Source: an uncultured Verrucomicrobiota bacterium
GTDB lineage: Bacteria; Verrucomicrobiota; Kiritimatiellia; RZYC01
Direction of reading: 5' to 3'
NCBI GenBank assembly: GCA_964490935.1
Contig: CAZBEO010000001.1
Coordinates: forward strand, 20,742 to 84,741
DNA length: 64,000 bases
In this document: in pieces, positions 63,561 to 64,000 of the stretch
How positions within the stretch are numbered: the stretch's first letter is position 1
Layout: each line of letters starts with the position of its first letter
The notes under the pieces: generated by a model
What the model was told of the DNA's origin: nothing
What the model saw: only the letters and a program-made list of their open reading frames with translations
The model's database searches: none
Translations under genes and position numbers: made by a program

Positions 63561-64000
63561 AGCTCGGTGCTGTCATTCACGCGCAGGGTATCTTCGTTCA
63601 GGATATAGACGATACAACTCGGAAGCAGATTGGTCGGGATGACCTCATCGCAGCCGATGTCCACCGTTCCTTCATAGATGCGCGATTCGGAATCATAGTC
63701 CACTTCCCCGTTCACGATCCCGGAAGAATCCCCGGCATTACGTGCAGGCGAAGAGGGCAGGATGTGCGGATTGTGCAAGCTGGCCAGGCGAGGATTGGCA
63801 CCCGTGATGTTGCCCGTTCCAGTGACGCCGGGGGTGGTCAGACAATAGTTCACTTCGATAGCGCCACTCGGCTTGTAATTATCGGCACCCACTGGCGCTT
63901 CGTTGTAGTACATGAGACTGTTGCGCGTGATGCCCTTGCCGTGCAGGACTCCGCCACCGTACCCCTCGGCCAGGTTGCGCACCACCGTACAATTACGCAT
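63224..64000 (-). CDS. N-terminal/middle portion of the same giant protein in a different frame (continues beyond the window); the two parts are separated by a frameshift near 63392..63400
   Basis: Ig/PKD-like sequence up to ...TASNLGGVASA, then junk-like tail. The frame of the 60711..63560 ORF becomes protein-like at exactly this point. Confidence 0.5.
   Translation of the reverse strand: MRNCTVVRNLAEGYGGGVLHGKGITRNSLMYYNEAPVGADNYKPSGAIEVNYCLTTPGVTGTGNITGANPRLASLHNPHILPSSPARNAGDSSGIVNGEVDYDSESRIYEGTVDIGCDEVIPTNLLPSCIVYILNEDTLRVNDSTELWASLFGKPASLVWTVTGVGVTNTYTDQTFITASWSAPGLYPVVLTASNLGGVASATAPYGWWSRALSITSHRADCMLLRSRTGLMPPPTSKTRLTPAPWAVPRWSAPEPTT

Overview
This is a high-GC (~60%) chromosomal segment from a flagellated diderm bacterium. 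Read left to right it contains: (1) a 2-aminoethylphosphonate module, a cytidylyltransferase-PEP mutase fusion and a phosphonopyruvate decarboxylase (partial at the left edge), followed by GDP-fucose synthase bracketed by two paralogous DUF4143 AAA+ ATPases; (2) a flagellar basal-body cluster, flgF-flgG-flgA on the minus strand diverging from flgH-flgI-rod-binding FlgJ-like-FlgN-like-flgK on the plus strand. The divergent intergenic region carries two near-identical sigma54 -24/-12 motifs and a 5x7-bp tandem repeat; (3) directly after flgK, a flagellin-glycosylation-like module (acetyltransferase-CBS-nucleotidyltransferase fusion, NAD-dependent dehydratase, HAD phosphatase), a CheY-like regulator and an MFS transporter; (4) three very large secreted multidomain proteins: an arylsulfotransferase-like/PQQ-repeat protein (1145 aa), a lamin-tail-domain/Ig-like/Calx-beta/EEP-nuclease giant (1808 aa), and a beta-helix/FN3/FG-GAP protein (>1100 aa) that carries a frameshift; (5) housekeeping genes: metX-metW, DUF1015, a TIGR01212 radical SAM fused to an MnmC-like methyltransferase, rpsB (with a long Lys/Ala/Glu tail)-tsf, a HExxH lipoprotein, a Tsx-like OMP, rluD-family, cheA (two Hpt domains), GH13, a GT9 heptosyltransferase plus radical SAM/SPASM, birA coupled to a U32 peptidase, a NERD-DJ-1-YcxB operon, tatA, a receiver-GHKL fusion and htpG; (6) a tRNA-Met locus with a duplicated tRNA 3' half, a small GIY-YIG (YhbQ-like) gene plus a truncated copy, and a perfect 123-bp direct repeat. 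Non-coding repeats include a ~100-bp MITE-like element in two copies, a GGAGGG(C/T)GAGCGTCC REP-like motif in at least seven copies, and three palindromic TTCCAA-N3-TTGGAA sites. Further features are a ~400-bp low-GC island holding frameshifted gene remnants and a PIN-domain/small-ORF pair that resembles a toxin-antitoxin module. No CRISPR arrays, rRNA genes or intact transposases were seen.
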